Program-made: the position numbers and the translations under genes
Shown: in pieces, positions 1 through 12,727 of the stretch
Layout: every line of letters starts with the position of its first letter
Numbering within the stretch: position 1 is the first letter of the stretch
The notes under the pieces: model-generated
Seen by the model: only the letters and a program-made list of their open reading frames with translations
Databases searched by the model: none
Told to the model about the DNA's origin: nothing
Assembly (NCBI RefSeq): GCF_009914755.1
Contig: NC_060929.1
Length of the DNA: 64,000 nt
From: the human T2T-CHM13v2.0 reference genome, Homo sapiens
Reading direction: 5' to 3' (one strand)

Positions 1-1280
1 TTGGAAATTTTCCTTGCAGAGGGACACTGGGAGTCTGTGGCACATGTGGGGTTTCGATTCACTGTAATTTTCCTGTTCCAGGGAACAATTATATATTGAA
101 TATTTTTAATAATGTTGTGCTGTGTTATTGTGAATATATTTGTAAGCTGAGATTCAGGATGCTGCCATACTATAAGGCTGTCAAGTGGTGAGACTAGACC
201 AAGTTTCTGGGTAAGGAAGTAATCTGAGATAGTCACCTTTTAAAAATAATCTAGTTTTGTTTTTTTCTTTCTTGTTTGTTGTTTTTAGTTTTTGTAATAA
301 CATATTTCATAAAGAGGATTCGTAAGTATGACTGTAGTTCTCTCAAAATATGAATCCCTTTTAATAAACGATTTTAGCTATACTAGCAGACTAGTTACAA
401 TTTATATTATACTCTGTATCCAAATTCATTTTGACAGTGCCCAACAAATTGCTCAGTTATCTGACTTCCTACCCAAGGAAAACATATTAATCTAAAAAGT
501 TGAAATCCATTTCCAAAATGGCTAAAATAATTTGGGAGTGGGCTGGCATTAGAATAATTTGTCTAAAGAGATTTAATTTATGCTATATTTTTCATTGTCT
601 GTTTATAAACCTGATTTATGAGAAACATCATCTAGAAAACACTATTAGCCTTCCCATTTTACAGATATAAAACTGGAATTGTGAGGAATAAGATGTTTTG
701 TCATAATTCATCTTGCAAAATGATGACAAAATTGAATAGCAAATGTAGATGTCCAAATTCTATTTTAATTTTCATTGTGCCAGGCTCCCTTTTTGCTTGT
801 ATATTACAATAAATATCTCAGAACTGCTAGCTTAGGGAAGCTATTGCAGAAACTTAATATCCTCAAAGAAAATTAATATTGCTATCCTACTAAAAGGATT
901 TGAAAGTGAAAAGACTTAGCAGACATGTATTGAGCTAAACACTTAAAGACTAAATAAAAAATAATAGAAGTGATTATGTGGGACATATATTTATTCATTC
1001 AACATAATCAATTTAAAATTTTTATAAGAACTCAAACTGTCTTCACAGAAACTGACTTTGTCATGAAACATTTGTTTCCTTTATAAATAAATCGTTATTT
1101 TATCAAAAGAACTGTCAATATAGTTTATGTAAATGGAATATTTATAAGAATGAAAGTTGCATTTTCTAAACTGTGAACTAGGCAAAAGTGATCTTCTGGA
1201 GTGACCTTGTGTATTAGCTCCGATTCCCATCTTTCTTAAAGAGAGACTTTCGTGTGATTGGCTGTAGGTTTCTTGAGGGC

Positions 1281-1645
1281 TTATAGGCAGCTCTGTGATA
1301 TAGAAGTAGAAAATAAATACTGTACTTGTCCACACAAAGTTGTTCAGCAAAATCGGATTTAAAATAGATGAAATAAGGTTAAAAAGATGAGAGGACATAC
1401 AATTGGATGATAAATATAACATGAAAAAAGACGAAAAGAAAAAGCTTTTGCATTAGTTATCTTTCCTGATCCTCTCCTAATGCAAAAGCTTTTTCTTTTC
1501 TTCTCTTTTCATTCATTTCTCCTCCAATCTTACCTCTGCTCATCCTTTTATCTTTATTTCATTTTACATTCATTATTGCTAAACAGATTTGTGTGGACAA
1601 GTATGGCATTTATTTTCTACTTCTATGTCACAGAGCTACCCATAA
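1281..1645. repeat. Long imperfect inverted repeat (arms ~1281-1456 and ~1477-1645, 20-nt spacer)
   Basis: 1433-1456 GAAAAGAAAAAGCTTTTGCATTAG is the exact reverse complement of 1477-1500; 1281-1338 matches the reverse complement of 1588-1645 at 52/58; the middle aligns with more divergence. Confidence 0.92.
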
Positions 1646-1647
1646 AG

Positions 1648-1777
1648 TAGGCTTAATACCTGGGTGATGAAATAATCTGTACAACAAATCCCCATGACAC
1701 ATGTTTACCTATGTAACAAACCTGCACATCCTGCACATGTACCCCTGAACTTAAAAGTTAAAAAAAAAAAAGAAAAA
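1648..1777 (+). mobile_element. L1 3'-end fragment (older L1PA, approx. L1PA13-16) with poly(A)
   Basis: TAGGCTTAATACCTGGGTGATGAAATAATCTGTACAACAAA...CCCCTGAACTTAAAAG followed by an A tail. Confidence 0.85.
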
Positions 1778-2249
1778 GCCCTTGCCATATGTCTAATATA
1801 ATATGAAGTGGCAAAAAGAAGGCAAAATATATTAGTGGGACACTGAGTTAAATAGATTGGGGAAAATATAGAACCTTTTCAATAAAATGCATTTTAATTT
1901 ATGTAACTAATAAAAAAATGGAAGCCCCAGGACAGTTTAATGCATTTTTCCCATAAAGAATTTCAACTTACAGCTACTGAGGGTCCAAGTTTCTGTTTAG
2001 AATTTTAATTATAAGTTTTTATACATGATATTTTCAAACATAACACACATTGTTAAATCTGATTATTAAAAAAATCAATACATCTGAAATTCATAAAATA
2101 TTAAACCTAAAAATATTATATTTTTAAAACATTTCACATCAAATTTAAAGTATTCACTGAGGACATTAGACTTTAAGGTAGTGTGCCCAGTCGCTAAAAA
2201 GAAAAAATATCTTTTTCCATTCTCAACACCGATTAAAAATTTCAGTTTA

Positions 2250-2490
2250 TAAAAGGAGGTTGAGCGCAAAAGCAAAAACAAAAAATTATAAAACCAGGAG
2301 AAGGAAAATTTTTTAAAAATCCAACAGTACAAGAAAGGTTCATAATTTGTAAGAGGAGTTTGACAAAAAGAGAACAGTAGGAAGACAGGAATAGAAGATG
2401 GAAAAAACAAGAACAAATGTGGAGAACCAAGGGATACCAATATATAGATTGAGAAGCATTCTGAGTGTCCAGAAAAAAAATTGTTAAAAA
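2250..2490 (+). mobile_element. HAL1/ancient L1 ORF1-like fragment (5' part)
   Basis: A-rich degenerate ORF1-type text (AGATTGAGAAGCATTCTGAGTGTCCAG) that appears to continue at ~7320. Confidence 0.45.
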
Positions 2491-3541
2491 ATTATCTGCA
2501 TTTATAAGATAAAAAGTTAATATAAAACATCAATGGCTTTTCTATATGTCATCAATGAACAATTAGAATTTGAAATAAAAATACTATTTACATTACCGCC
2601 AAAAATGCAATAGGTATAAATAATCTAGGAAAATGTATATACTATCTATATATAGAAAACTATAAGATTTTGGTAAAATACATAAAATAAAATGTAAATA
2701 AGTACACACATATTTGATGTTAAGATGTCAGTTGTGCCCAACTTGCTCTATGGTTTCCACACAACTCCAATAAAAATCCCTAACACATATGTCTTAAATG
2801 CTTCAATAATTTATATGAGAAGGCAAAATAACTAGAACAATGAACAGAATACTAAAGAGGAAGAACAAAGTTGGTGAACTTGCATGACACAATTTTAAAA
2901 CTTACTATAATGTTGTAATCAAGACAACAAGGTATTGGTGAAAGCATGGGCACATAGATTAACAGACCAGAATAGAGAGCCCAGAAATAGACCCATGTAA
3001 GGGGATTCAATAGATCTTTGCCCAAGAAGCAAAGGCAATTCAGTAGAGTAAAGGATAGTTTCTTCAACAAATAATGCAGAAGCAATTGGACATTCTATGC
3101 AAAAAATAAACATGTATCTTATACTTTTAACAAAAATAAAATGGATTATGGGCTTAAATGTATAATAAAAAGCTTCTAGAACCTTGATTTGGAGATGAGT
3201 TCATAAATACATCAGAAGCATAATACCATAAAAAGATAAGTTGGACTTCATTAAAATTAAAAATTTCTGTTCTGCCAAAGACACTGTAATAAAATGAAAA
3301 GACGAGCCACAGACTTGGAAAAAAATTTGCAAAATACATATCTAATATACTGGATTGTATCCAAAATATACAAAGAACTTTCAAAACTCAATAGTAAGGA
3401 AACCAGTCAATTAAAAAGTGTAAAAAGACCTGAACGTATACCTTACAAAAGAAGATATACAGATGGCAAGTAATTGTACAAAAATATATCCCACATCATT
3501 TGTCACTAGTGAATTGCAAAGTAAAACAATGAGATACCATT

Positions 3542-3902
3542 TGATATGGTTTGGCTGCATCCCCACCAAAAATCTCATTTTGAATTGTAATCCCCATAAT
3601 CCCCAAGTGTCAAGGGCAGGACCAGGTGGAAGTAATTGGGTCATGGAGGTGGCTTCCCTCATGCTGTTCTCGTGATAGTGAGTGAGTTCTCATGAGAGCT
3701 GATGGTTTTATAAATGTCTGGCATTTCCCCTCCTGGCACTCACTCTCTCCTGCCACCTGTGAAAAGGTGACTTATACAAAGATTGTAAGTTTCCTGAGGC
3801 TGCCCCAGCAACGCAAAACTGTGAGTCAATTAAACCTCTTTTCTTTATAAATTATCAAGTCTCAGATATTTCCTTATAGCAATGTGAGAATGGACGAATA
3901 CA
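3542..3902 (+). mobile_element. THE1 (THE1C/D-like, ERVL-MaLR) solo LTR
   Basis: TGATATGGTTTGGCTG...GGACGAATACA termini; 5-bp TSD CCATT at 3537-3541 and 3903-3907. Confidence 0.93.
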
Positions 3903-3942
3903 CCATTACATACATGCTAGAGTGGCTAAAACCGAAAAATCT

Positions 3943-4263
3943 GGCTGGGCGCAGTGGCTCATGCCTGTAGTCCCAGCACTTTGGGAGGCCGAGGCAGGCG
4001 GATCATGAGGTCAGGAGATCAAGACCATCCTGGCTAACATGGTGAAACCCCATCTCTACTAAAAATACAAAAAATTAGCCGGGCATGGTGGTGGGCACCT
4101 GTAGTCCCAGCTACTCAGGAGGCTGAGGCGGGAGAATGGTGTGAACCCGGGAGGCGGAGCAATGGTGTGAACCCGGGAGGCGGAGCTTGCAGTGCGCTGA
4201 GATAGCACCACTGCACTCCAGCCTGGGTGACAGAGCGAGACTCCATCTCAAAAAAAAAAAAAT
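3943..4263 (+). mobile_element. AluY with internal 26-bp tandem duplication
   Basis: Dimeric Alu with Y diagnostics (GAGATCAAGACCATCCTGGCTAAC, GAATGGTGTGAACCCGGGAGGCGGAGCTTGC), poly(A), and AAAATCT on both flanks. Confidence 0.95.
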
Positions 4264-5532
4264 AAAAACAAAATCTGACAATGCTAGATGCTGGCAAGGC
4301 TATAGAGCAACAGGATCTCTCGTTCATTGCCAGTGGAAAGTCAAAATAGTATAGTTACTTTGGAAGACTGTTTTCAGATTCTTACAATGCTGAACAGAGT
4401 CTTATGGTTTGCTAATAGGTTTTATCCAACTGATTTAAACAGTTATCTTCACACAAACACTTGCATACAGATGTTTATAGGAGCTTTATTCATAATCACC
4501 AAAAACTTAGAGCAACCAAGATGTCCTTTAATAGGTGACTGAATAAGCAAAACGTACATCCACATAATTAAATATTACTAAGCAATAAAATATATGAGTT
4601 ATCAAGCTACAAAAAGGCATGAATGAATTTTATATACACAATGCTAAACAAAAGATAACAGTCTGAAAAGGCTATACGTTATATTATTCCAATTACATGA
4701 CATTCTGGGAAAGGCAAAACTATATGGATAGTAAAAAGAAGATGCTTGCAATGGGTTAGAGTAAGAAGATTGAACGGGTAAAGCACAAGGCATTTTTTTA
4801 GAAGGTTTAGTTATTCTGTATAATATTGTAATGGTGGATATGTGATACTATGTATTTGTCAGAACTCACAGAAGTTTATAGCACAAAGGAGGAATTATAT
4901 GCAGACTTTGAAAAAATAATTTAGAAGGTTGGAGGATCCCAATATGTAATGCACAAAATAATATAACAGTCTAACTATATTACAAAAATATGAAAAAAGT
5001 CATGAGAATGGGGAGGGTAAAGCTACTGATCTAAGTAACTTTAGAAATGAGTTGCATATGGAAGACTAAAGGCAAAATAAATTGTATTTGAGTACTATAC
5101 TCTAGTTAGTAAAGTTGTGTTCCATGAGACTATAGGTTAACAGTTCTGATATCACTATACTTTTTTTAATTAAATAATTAAGCAAATGAGTGGAATACAG
5201 TGGGAGCCAGGTTTCTAATTGTTGGAGTGGGAAGTTGCAGATAAAGAAGTGGAGGAAGCTAGAACTATCTACGTGGTAATGCATTAGAGTCAGAGACATC
5301 CGTTGATACAAACTCATGTTTAGCTTAACGTAAACATGGTTTCAAGTAGAAAAAATCTACATATGGGTATATACATGAGTTAGTATATGCGTATATGACA
5401 AACAATATCACCCCAGTAGCACTGAGCACACCTAGTACCCACACCTTGATTTCAATAAATCAAGCCACTCTCAATAAAAGGAATAAGGCTGCCTGAAGAA
5501 ATGACTAATTATTGAACTAGAAAAGAAAATAT

Positions 5533-5943
5533 ACCCAAATGTCCATCAATGATAGACTGGATTAAGAAAATGTGGCACATATACACCATGGAATACTATG
5601 CAGCCATAAAAAAGGATGAATTCATGTCCTTTGTAGGGACATGGATGAAGCTGGAAACCATCATTCTCAGTAAACTATCACAAGGACAGAAAACCAAACA
5701 CTGCATATTCTCACTTATAGGTGGGAATTGAACAATGAGAACACTTGGACACAGGGTGGGGAACATCACAAACTGAGGCCTGTCATGGGGTAGGGGGAAG
5801 GGGGAGGGAGAGCATTAGGAGATATACCTAATATAAATGGTGAGTTAACGGGTGCGGCACACCAACATGGCACATGTATACATATATAACAAAGCTGCAC
5901 GTTGTGCACATGTACCCTAGAACTTAAAGTATAATAAAAAAAA
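5533..5943 (+). mobile_element. 5'-truncated L1PA (~410 bp 3' end)
   Basis: ORF2 C-terminus MIDWIKKMWHIYTMEYYAAIKK...IGGN, 3' UTR and A tail; TSD AAAAGAAAAT(A/G)TAC at 5521-5534 and 5940-5953. Confidence 0.93.
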
Positions 5944-6462
5944 GAAAATGTACAAGATGAGCCTGGAACATCTTATAGTGTCAGAAAGTAATAAAGTGCT
6001 CCAAAAAATCCATAATTATAAGGTATGTGAAAATGACACAAGAGTCAACTAAAATGTTTCCAATAACAAATGGTTTAAAAAAAGTGGGGAGGGGAGCAAT
6101 AAAATAAATACTGTAGTATTTAATTATAAGCTAAAGCATAACATAAATATTTATTAGTACATAATGATTTAAATAAATGAACAATTCAACAAATACATGG
6201 GAGACAGGAAACAAATTTCCCATGTATATTAACTCCAAACAATTTTTGTCAATACTCTGTCCTCAAGTAAGGGGAGCATAACTCTCCACTCCTTAAGTGT
6301 GGAATGTGCATAGTGACTTCCTTCTAAAGGGTACAGCATGAAACGCTAAAAAAGAATGACTTTATAGCAGATAAACCTGACAAGCACTACCTCAGCCACA
6401 TCAAGAGTGATAAGTCATATTAATAGTATGTTCCCTTGATATGATTTGATTTAAAACACTGC

Positions 6463-7127
6463 ATAGTGCTGCAATAAACATATGTGTGCATGTGTCTTTA
6501 TAGTAAAATGATTTATAATCTTTCGAGTATATATCCAGTAATGGGATTGCTGGGTCAAATGGTATTTCTGGTTCTAGATCCTTGAGAAATTTCCACAATG
6601 TCTTCACAATGGTTGAACTAATTTACACTCCCACCAACAGTGTAAAAGTGGTCCTATTTCTCCACATCCTCTACAGCATCTGTGGTTTCCTGACTTTTTA
6701 ATGATCTCCATTCTAACTGGCATGAGATGAGCTGGATAAAGAAAATGTGGCACAAATACACCATGGAATACTATGCAGCCATAGAAAAGAATGAGTTCAT
6801 GTCCTTTGCAGGGACATGGATGAAGCTGGAAACCATCATTCTCAGCAAACTAACACAGGGACAGAAAACCAAACACTGCCTGTTCTCACTCATAAGTGGG
6901 AGTTGAACAATGAGCACCCATGGAAACTGGGAGGGGAACATCACACACTGGGGTCTGTTGGGGTATAGGGGGCAAGAGGGGGGAGAGCATTAGGGCAAAT
7001 ACCTAATGCACGCAGGGTTTTAAACCTAGATGATGGGTTGATGGGTGCGGCCATCCACCATGCCTCATGTATACCTATGTAACAAACCTGCACGTTCTGC
7101 ACGTGTATCCCAGAACTTAAAGTAAAA
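6463..7127 (+). mobile_element. 5'-inverted (twin-primed) L1PA, approx. L1PA7/8
   Basis: 6463-6729 is antisense ORF2 C-terminal sequence; 6732-7127 is the sense 3' end starting ~50 nt downstream of the inversion point. Confidence 0.88.
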
Positions 7128-7319
7128 TTGTGTATACATATATATAGATATATATATAATCAGAATGGATTCATTACTTGTAACAAATGTAACATACAGT
7201 ACCAATATAAAATGTTAATAATGGAGGGCTTAAAAGTGAAGTATATGAGAAATCTCTCCGCTATCATCAAACTTCTTTGTAAATGTAAAACAGTTTTAAA
7301 ATAAAGTTTATTTTCTAAG

Positions 7320-8400
7320 TAATGAAAAGCCACCTGCATCTCATTATATTACAGTGACATTTTAGAATTTTGGGTACAATTAGATGATACACTAGGATCT
7401 TCCAGAATGAAAAAAAAAGTCAATAGACATTGAAACAATAAAGAGGCAGAATGGCAATGGATTTCTCTACCTGCAACATTAGGAATTAGAATCAATGAAA
7501 CAATGCTTCCACAATTCTGAAGTAAAAGGATTCCCAAACCAGAATTACATAAATAACTATACTGTCATTTACTTATAAGCATAGAATGAGTATTTTATTA
7601 GACGTGCAAGTTCTCAAAAAGTTATTTCCCCCAAGTCCTTTGTCAGGAATCATGATCAAAACAAGGAAGAAACTTCATTTAGTGCAAGGCATTAGCTCCA
7701 GGATACAAGGGCTCTGATCCATGAGAAAGATGAAGGAAATTCTAGGTTGGCAATTGTGCAGCAAGCTCAAAGATCATTTATACTAGACCAAACCAAGAGG
7801 ACAGAGGGCTTTGGAAGGAATGTCCTTGAGAAAAAAAAAATGATGTGTTATATTAATTTCCAAATTCGTTGTTATATTTTAAGAGGGGATATATACTATT
7901 GCAGATAATTTGGTGACTAATTAGTGATATAGAGAACTGAGCAGATGAAAAAGAGGCAATTATTAACTCCTGGAATACCAAAGGGTTGCAAGAAATGAAA
8001 TGAAACTATCACACACTATAATTCAACCATGAATAATATTTACACAGTCTTAATAAGGTAAATTTAGACTTGAGATCTAACAATGATTATGATATAAAAC
8101 TCAAGGGAAAAAAATATTAAAAAAGAAAATGTGTTTGGGGTGGTTGAAGTTGTGGTATAAAAGAACTACATGCACATCTCCAATACTGAGAAGCCAAAAT
8201 AATGGGTACCATTTTGAGCTGTAAAAAATCAAAATACCTTTATAAACATGTGATTTTGAAATGTAGGGTATGTATTTAAAGAAAGAGATAGGTGGAAAGT
8301 ATTTTTCAATGAATAGTTACATTTAGAATGGGAGTAATGGAGTAGGAACCTGCATTTAGGGCTGTATTTTTTTTTTCAGAGCTACTTAATTTCTGACACA
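7320..8400 (+). mobile_element. HAL1 (half-L1) fragment
   Basis: CAGAATGGCAATGGATTTCTCTACCTGCAACATTAGGAATTAGAA...AGACGTGCAAGTTCTCAAAAA...CTCCAGGATACAAGGG resembles the HAL1 ORF1 C-terminus and 3' region. Confidence 0.65.
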
Positions 8401-10132
8401 AGAAACATGAGATTTTCATTAAGAAGTCTAAATAAAGATGGGTATGTTGAGATTCAATGACCTAGAATTGTGTCAGTCTTTAGAGAACAGATTGAAATTG
8501 GGACAAAGATGTTTAATGTAATTAGGAAACTAGTTTATTATATTTATCAGTAAGATATAAAAAATTAAAAAGAATGATATATATTTATTACTTCATATAA
8601 CTAAGGAAAATATTGGGTGAGTGGCATTTTATTATTGAGTAGTCAGGGAACAATTACTTAAGTGATGAGAACTCTGTTTAGCATCAAGTCTTGATGAAAC
8701 AGATTGTGAAAAACCTCCCATAATTAGAGAGGAGATATAGATCACAAGATATGCAGCATATAATTCTAAATAGTGATAAGTGATCTTTTTCCTCTAAATT
8801 GAAAGAGTAGAGGAGAAGAGCAAGGAAAATGGCAACTGAAGATTTTATTTATTGCTTTTGTTTCTCCCACCTCTGAGAACGGTAAGCTGTGTGAGTTCTG
8901 ACCTCACAATATAACAAAATCACCTATTAAAAGTTCCCTTTGTCTCCTCAAACCTCATGCAGAAATTTCAGCCTACTTGCATTTCCATTATCCTCCAACA
9001 CAATATACAATAACTAGAGACAAGTGCTATTTAAGATAATTATATTTGAAAGCTAAGGAGGAGGTAGAAGTAAGTAATCAGAAATTCAAGGAACCATGAA
9101 GATATGTGAGCCAGCAAAATATCCGGAGAGAGATGATGTTTACTATGATGTAACCTATGTATATGCATACATTACCTTTTGGAAAATTGTATATTCTCTG
9201 CATCCCCTTTTGGAATCATGAAACTACTTCTTAGGAAGTATCCTTGCATACTTCATTACTCTAAAATTTGTCACATTACTTCTTGCACAATTGAAAACAT
9301 AAGTTATACTAGACAATTCTTATTTCATAATGGATAAACGTATCTTTTCTTTTTAAATCTCCAGGATTTAAATTTTGTTTTGGAAAGTATCACTAAGTAC
9401 GTGCAATTTTATTATGCATTATCGAACTGGAGTAGTTAAACTGTTTTGACATTTATGGCACAATTATGGCCCAGATGTTTTCTATTCTGTCTCTGAACTG
9501 TCTCAAATACCACTTTTCTAAAATTCAATCCTTTTTATATTATATCAATATAATGGAAATGAAATTTCTGATACATGATCTGTCTTCTTTTCATGATAGA
9601 TTCCTCTTCTTAAATATAAATATCCAGAAGCAGAAAAGGAGACAGAGCACAAGTCAAAAGTCTCATGCTACTAAGTATTTATGGTTGAGTCAGAGGACTC
9701 CACATTCACAGAAACAAATAGGTTTCAGTATGTTTTTCCCTGGAATATCCTTCTCATCCACCCACTTTACTGTTACTGACCACTTCATTACTTGACAAGT
9801 CTTTTTTATGACCCTACTCCTGGGTCTTTTCCTTGTCTTTTCTCAATATTTTATTAATATCTTTGTAATATACACTTCTGTATCTAACGAAGTGACAGTG
9901 TATTCCTCAAGAAAAAGAAACTCATTATAGCCACCTCCATGCCCACAGTGCCGACCATATTACTCAATAAAATATTTGTCAATAGAATGAAAAATTAAGT
10001 AAAGAGAACACAAACATTATAGGTGTCTATTCATGTCGTTTTCTCACTTTATCTGTGGGTTATTGGTGTTCTTATTGTTTGTATGAGCTCATATTAAAGT
10101 GCTACTGTTAGTCGGAAGGATTTGTTGTAACT

Positions 10133-10178
10133 ATTTCCCAGATAGCAGTATATTAATTTCCCAGGTAGTAGTATACTA
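10133..10178. repeat. 23-bp tandem duplication
   Basis: ATTTCCCAGATAGCAGTATATTA followed by ATTTCCCAGGTAGTAGTATACTA. Confidence 0.8.
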
Positions 10179-10722
10179 ACTCTATTTATGAAGTTTTAAT
10201 GTGTATTTATGACTTGTGAGAGTTTATACTTTATTACTTTTGTTACCAAATTGAATTTCAAACAGCAAAATGTGTAGTATTTGTTTCCTGGGCTATTGGT
10301 CCTGTAAATTGGTAAACAAATCATAGTATCTAGCAAGTTAACTCTTCTAATCATTGCTCTCTGATCTTCATGGTCTTCCCCTTTTGGTCTTTCCTTTCTT
10401 CTTCCCTGTTTTTCCTCTGTCTTGTATTAATAACATCTGTCATCGTTTCCTATCTCTATTGTTGGTAGTCATGGCTAACACCATCGGGTACAATTAGAAG
10501 GTGGCAGTATTAAATCATAAAATAGTATTAGAGGAAGATGTAATGAACTGTAGCAAGAATATAGAGTACACTTTTAGATGCCTAATGGGAAAACTTATTT
10601 TGACATGTTCAATTTCATTCTAAGCTCAATTCCTTTTGAATGAACTACATGAGCCTCTTATATTTGAATACATTGAATACCCTGCATTTATTCAGGAGAA
10701 TTTATATTTTGTGAAAACTTAA

Positions 10723-10872
10723 AGGCTGATGCAGGAGAATGGCATGAACCCAGAAGGCGGAGCTTGCAGTGAGCCGAGATCGCGCCACTGCACTCCAGCC
10801 TGGGCGACAGAGCGAGACTCCATCTCAAAACAAAAACAAAAACAAAAACAAAAACAAACAAACAAAACCAAA
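10723..10872 (+). mobile_element. 5'-truncated AluY (end of right arm) with (CAAAAA)n/(CAAA)n tail
   Basis: GGAGAATGGCATGAACCCAGAAGGCGGAGCTTGCAGTGAGCCGAGATCGCGCCACTGCACTCCAGCCTGGGCGACAGAGCGAGACTCC. Confidence 0.92.
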
Positions 10873-12627
10873 TAAGCAAAACAGATATCCACTCGTTTTC
10901 TTCTCTTACATAGAAAATAAAAACCCTCTGTGCAATGGTATATTGAATTATATTATCTTAAATTTATTTTAAAAACTATTTTAAATAATGCTGTAACAAT
11001 TTTAGCCACTTCTACATAAGGAAAATCAATCCAAATTGTATACAAATATGCTCCAACTCTCATCACTACTCCATTTAATCTTCCTGTAGGGATCCAATGA
11101 GTTGTAAAGAAAGTAAACAAATGGGATTAAGATAATTGCTTTCTCTAGTTCACTAATGATTTCTTCGCTGTAACTTTACACAGTTTCTGGCTCCACTGTT
11201 ATTTTGGGCTGTGGCATGGAGTGTTTTTTATATGCTTGAGGTTCGACAAAATGTTTTCTTTTCAGAGACATACATATGTGTTAACTCACAGTTAAAAGAT
11301 ACTAAGATCTTATATTTTACTATGACTGGAAAGAGACTGTCACCATAGCTTACTGTTCATATAGTCTGTCTTGTCTTTGTCAACTCTAATAGCAGGGAAA
11401 TTTATGTAAACACACAATACAGAATGGGAATCAGAACTAATTGGGCCACTCACTGGCCATTTAGTTCTATTACAAAGTCAACAATTACTAAAAATGAAGT
11501 CAACAATGACTAAAAACCAATACATCTTTGCTCTCTTAAACAGCCAATTGGTCATTTTCCTTACCATTTGCATTGTGAAGCTAACAGGCTCCGTTAAACA
11601 TCAAAGATGTTTAGTAGATCCCTGTGGGTGTAATGCTCATGAAAGAAGCAAGATTCATTCTTCACAGGCAATATGCTGTGACTTTAAATGTCCCCTACCT
11701 GCAGGCTGCCTTTTGGTTCTTCTATCTTCCCTTGCTCTTCTGATCTCGGGGCTGGGCTGGAGTAATATTTAAGAGTGGCCTCAGAGTACCTAATTTAGAA
11801 TATTGAGAGTGGCCACTTCCATACTCAACCCACACTCAGCACTTCCTTTCACACCTGCCTTTTCATGATTTGTGCATACATCTGTGATGCCCCCTCCCCC
11901 ACTACAGTATAAGCTCCTTTTAAAGAGATTATTCATCTTTTCTTCACCAGAGCCTTGAAAAATCATTCATATATAATATACACTGAAACTATATATGTAT
12001 ATATTCCAAGCAATTTTAATTGATCCTAGATTCCCCGAAAGTAATTATCTCTTTTAAAGTATTTCCCCACTTAATTTTATACTTCCCTTAGCATATCTTT
12101 GCTTTGAACATCATGTCATAATTATGATGTTCTTTAAAGTGTTGTTAATATTTCCTGTATTAATTCTGTCTTGTTAGCTATGTTGGCAAAAGCTACCTGT
12201 TTTCCTGTGATTCTTTTAAATGAGCACAGAGGCTAAAATGTAATTGGCAGATTCAATAAAATGCTTAAATATTGTTAACTTGTGTTTCCATGGCACAAAG
12301 AAAGGGGTCCTCTTTTGGGATTTCCTGCTCACATGTACAGCTTCCTCACATGTCATTTCTTATGTTTCAAAATATTAATGCACCCCTAAACTAAAATTGA
12401 TTTGTAAATTCAATTCATATTAAAAATATCAGGAAGTGAAAGCCAAGGCACAGAATTAGGGAGGCAGATGTAATAGAAATATAAAATATAAGAAATTTTG
12501 TTCTTGTCATCCTGATCTTCACACTTTTTATCTACGTTTATCTCATTATTTCAGTTAAGCACATTTGAAAATAACTTAAGCAACAGAGAAGGATTTTATG
12601 CTAAGAAATCATAAAAGCAAGAAGTGG

Positions 12628-12727
12628 AGACATGACAACTAAATGTAATATAGCCTGGTTGGGATCCTGGAATAGAAAAAGAACAATGGGTTAAAAACTA
12701 AGGAAAACTGAAAAATGTATAGTCTGT
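12628..12727 (+). mobile_element. L1MC/L1MD 3'-UTR fragment
   Basis: GAGACATGACAACTAAATGTAAT...GGGATCCTGGAATAGAAAAAGAACA motif. Confidence 0.65.

Larger units (their letters stand above)
2500..7315 (+). mobile_element. Old L1M (L1MC-like) ORF2 3' part and long 3' UTR, interrupted by THE1, AluY and two L1PA insertions
   Basis: Degenerate ORF2 motifs (AAAACTTACTATAA...ACAGACCAGAATAGAGAGCCCAGAAATAGACCC; GAGCAACCAAGATGTCCTTTAATAGGTGA) and L1MC-type 3' UTR motifs (CCCCAGTAGCACTGAGCACACCTAG), ending TGTAAATGTAAAAC...AATAAAGTTTATT. Confidence 0.8.

Noticed and set aside
82-141. Possible 60-nt exon (TTTTCCTGTTCCAG ... TTT/GTAAGC) with one open frame
   Set aside because: Splice-like motifs alone are common; the content is very AT-rich, the peptide is unrecognisable, and context is missing at the window edge
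8806-8881. Possible exon ending in a strong donor ACG/GTAAGC
   Set aside because: The acceptor is ambiguous (several AGs, interrupted pyrimidine tract) and there is no coding or partner-exon support
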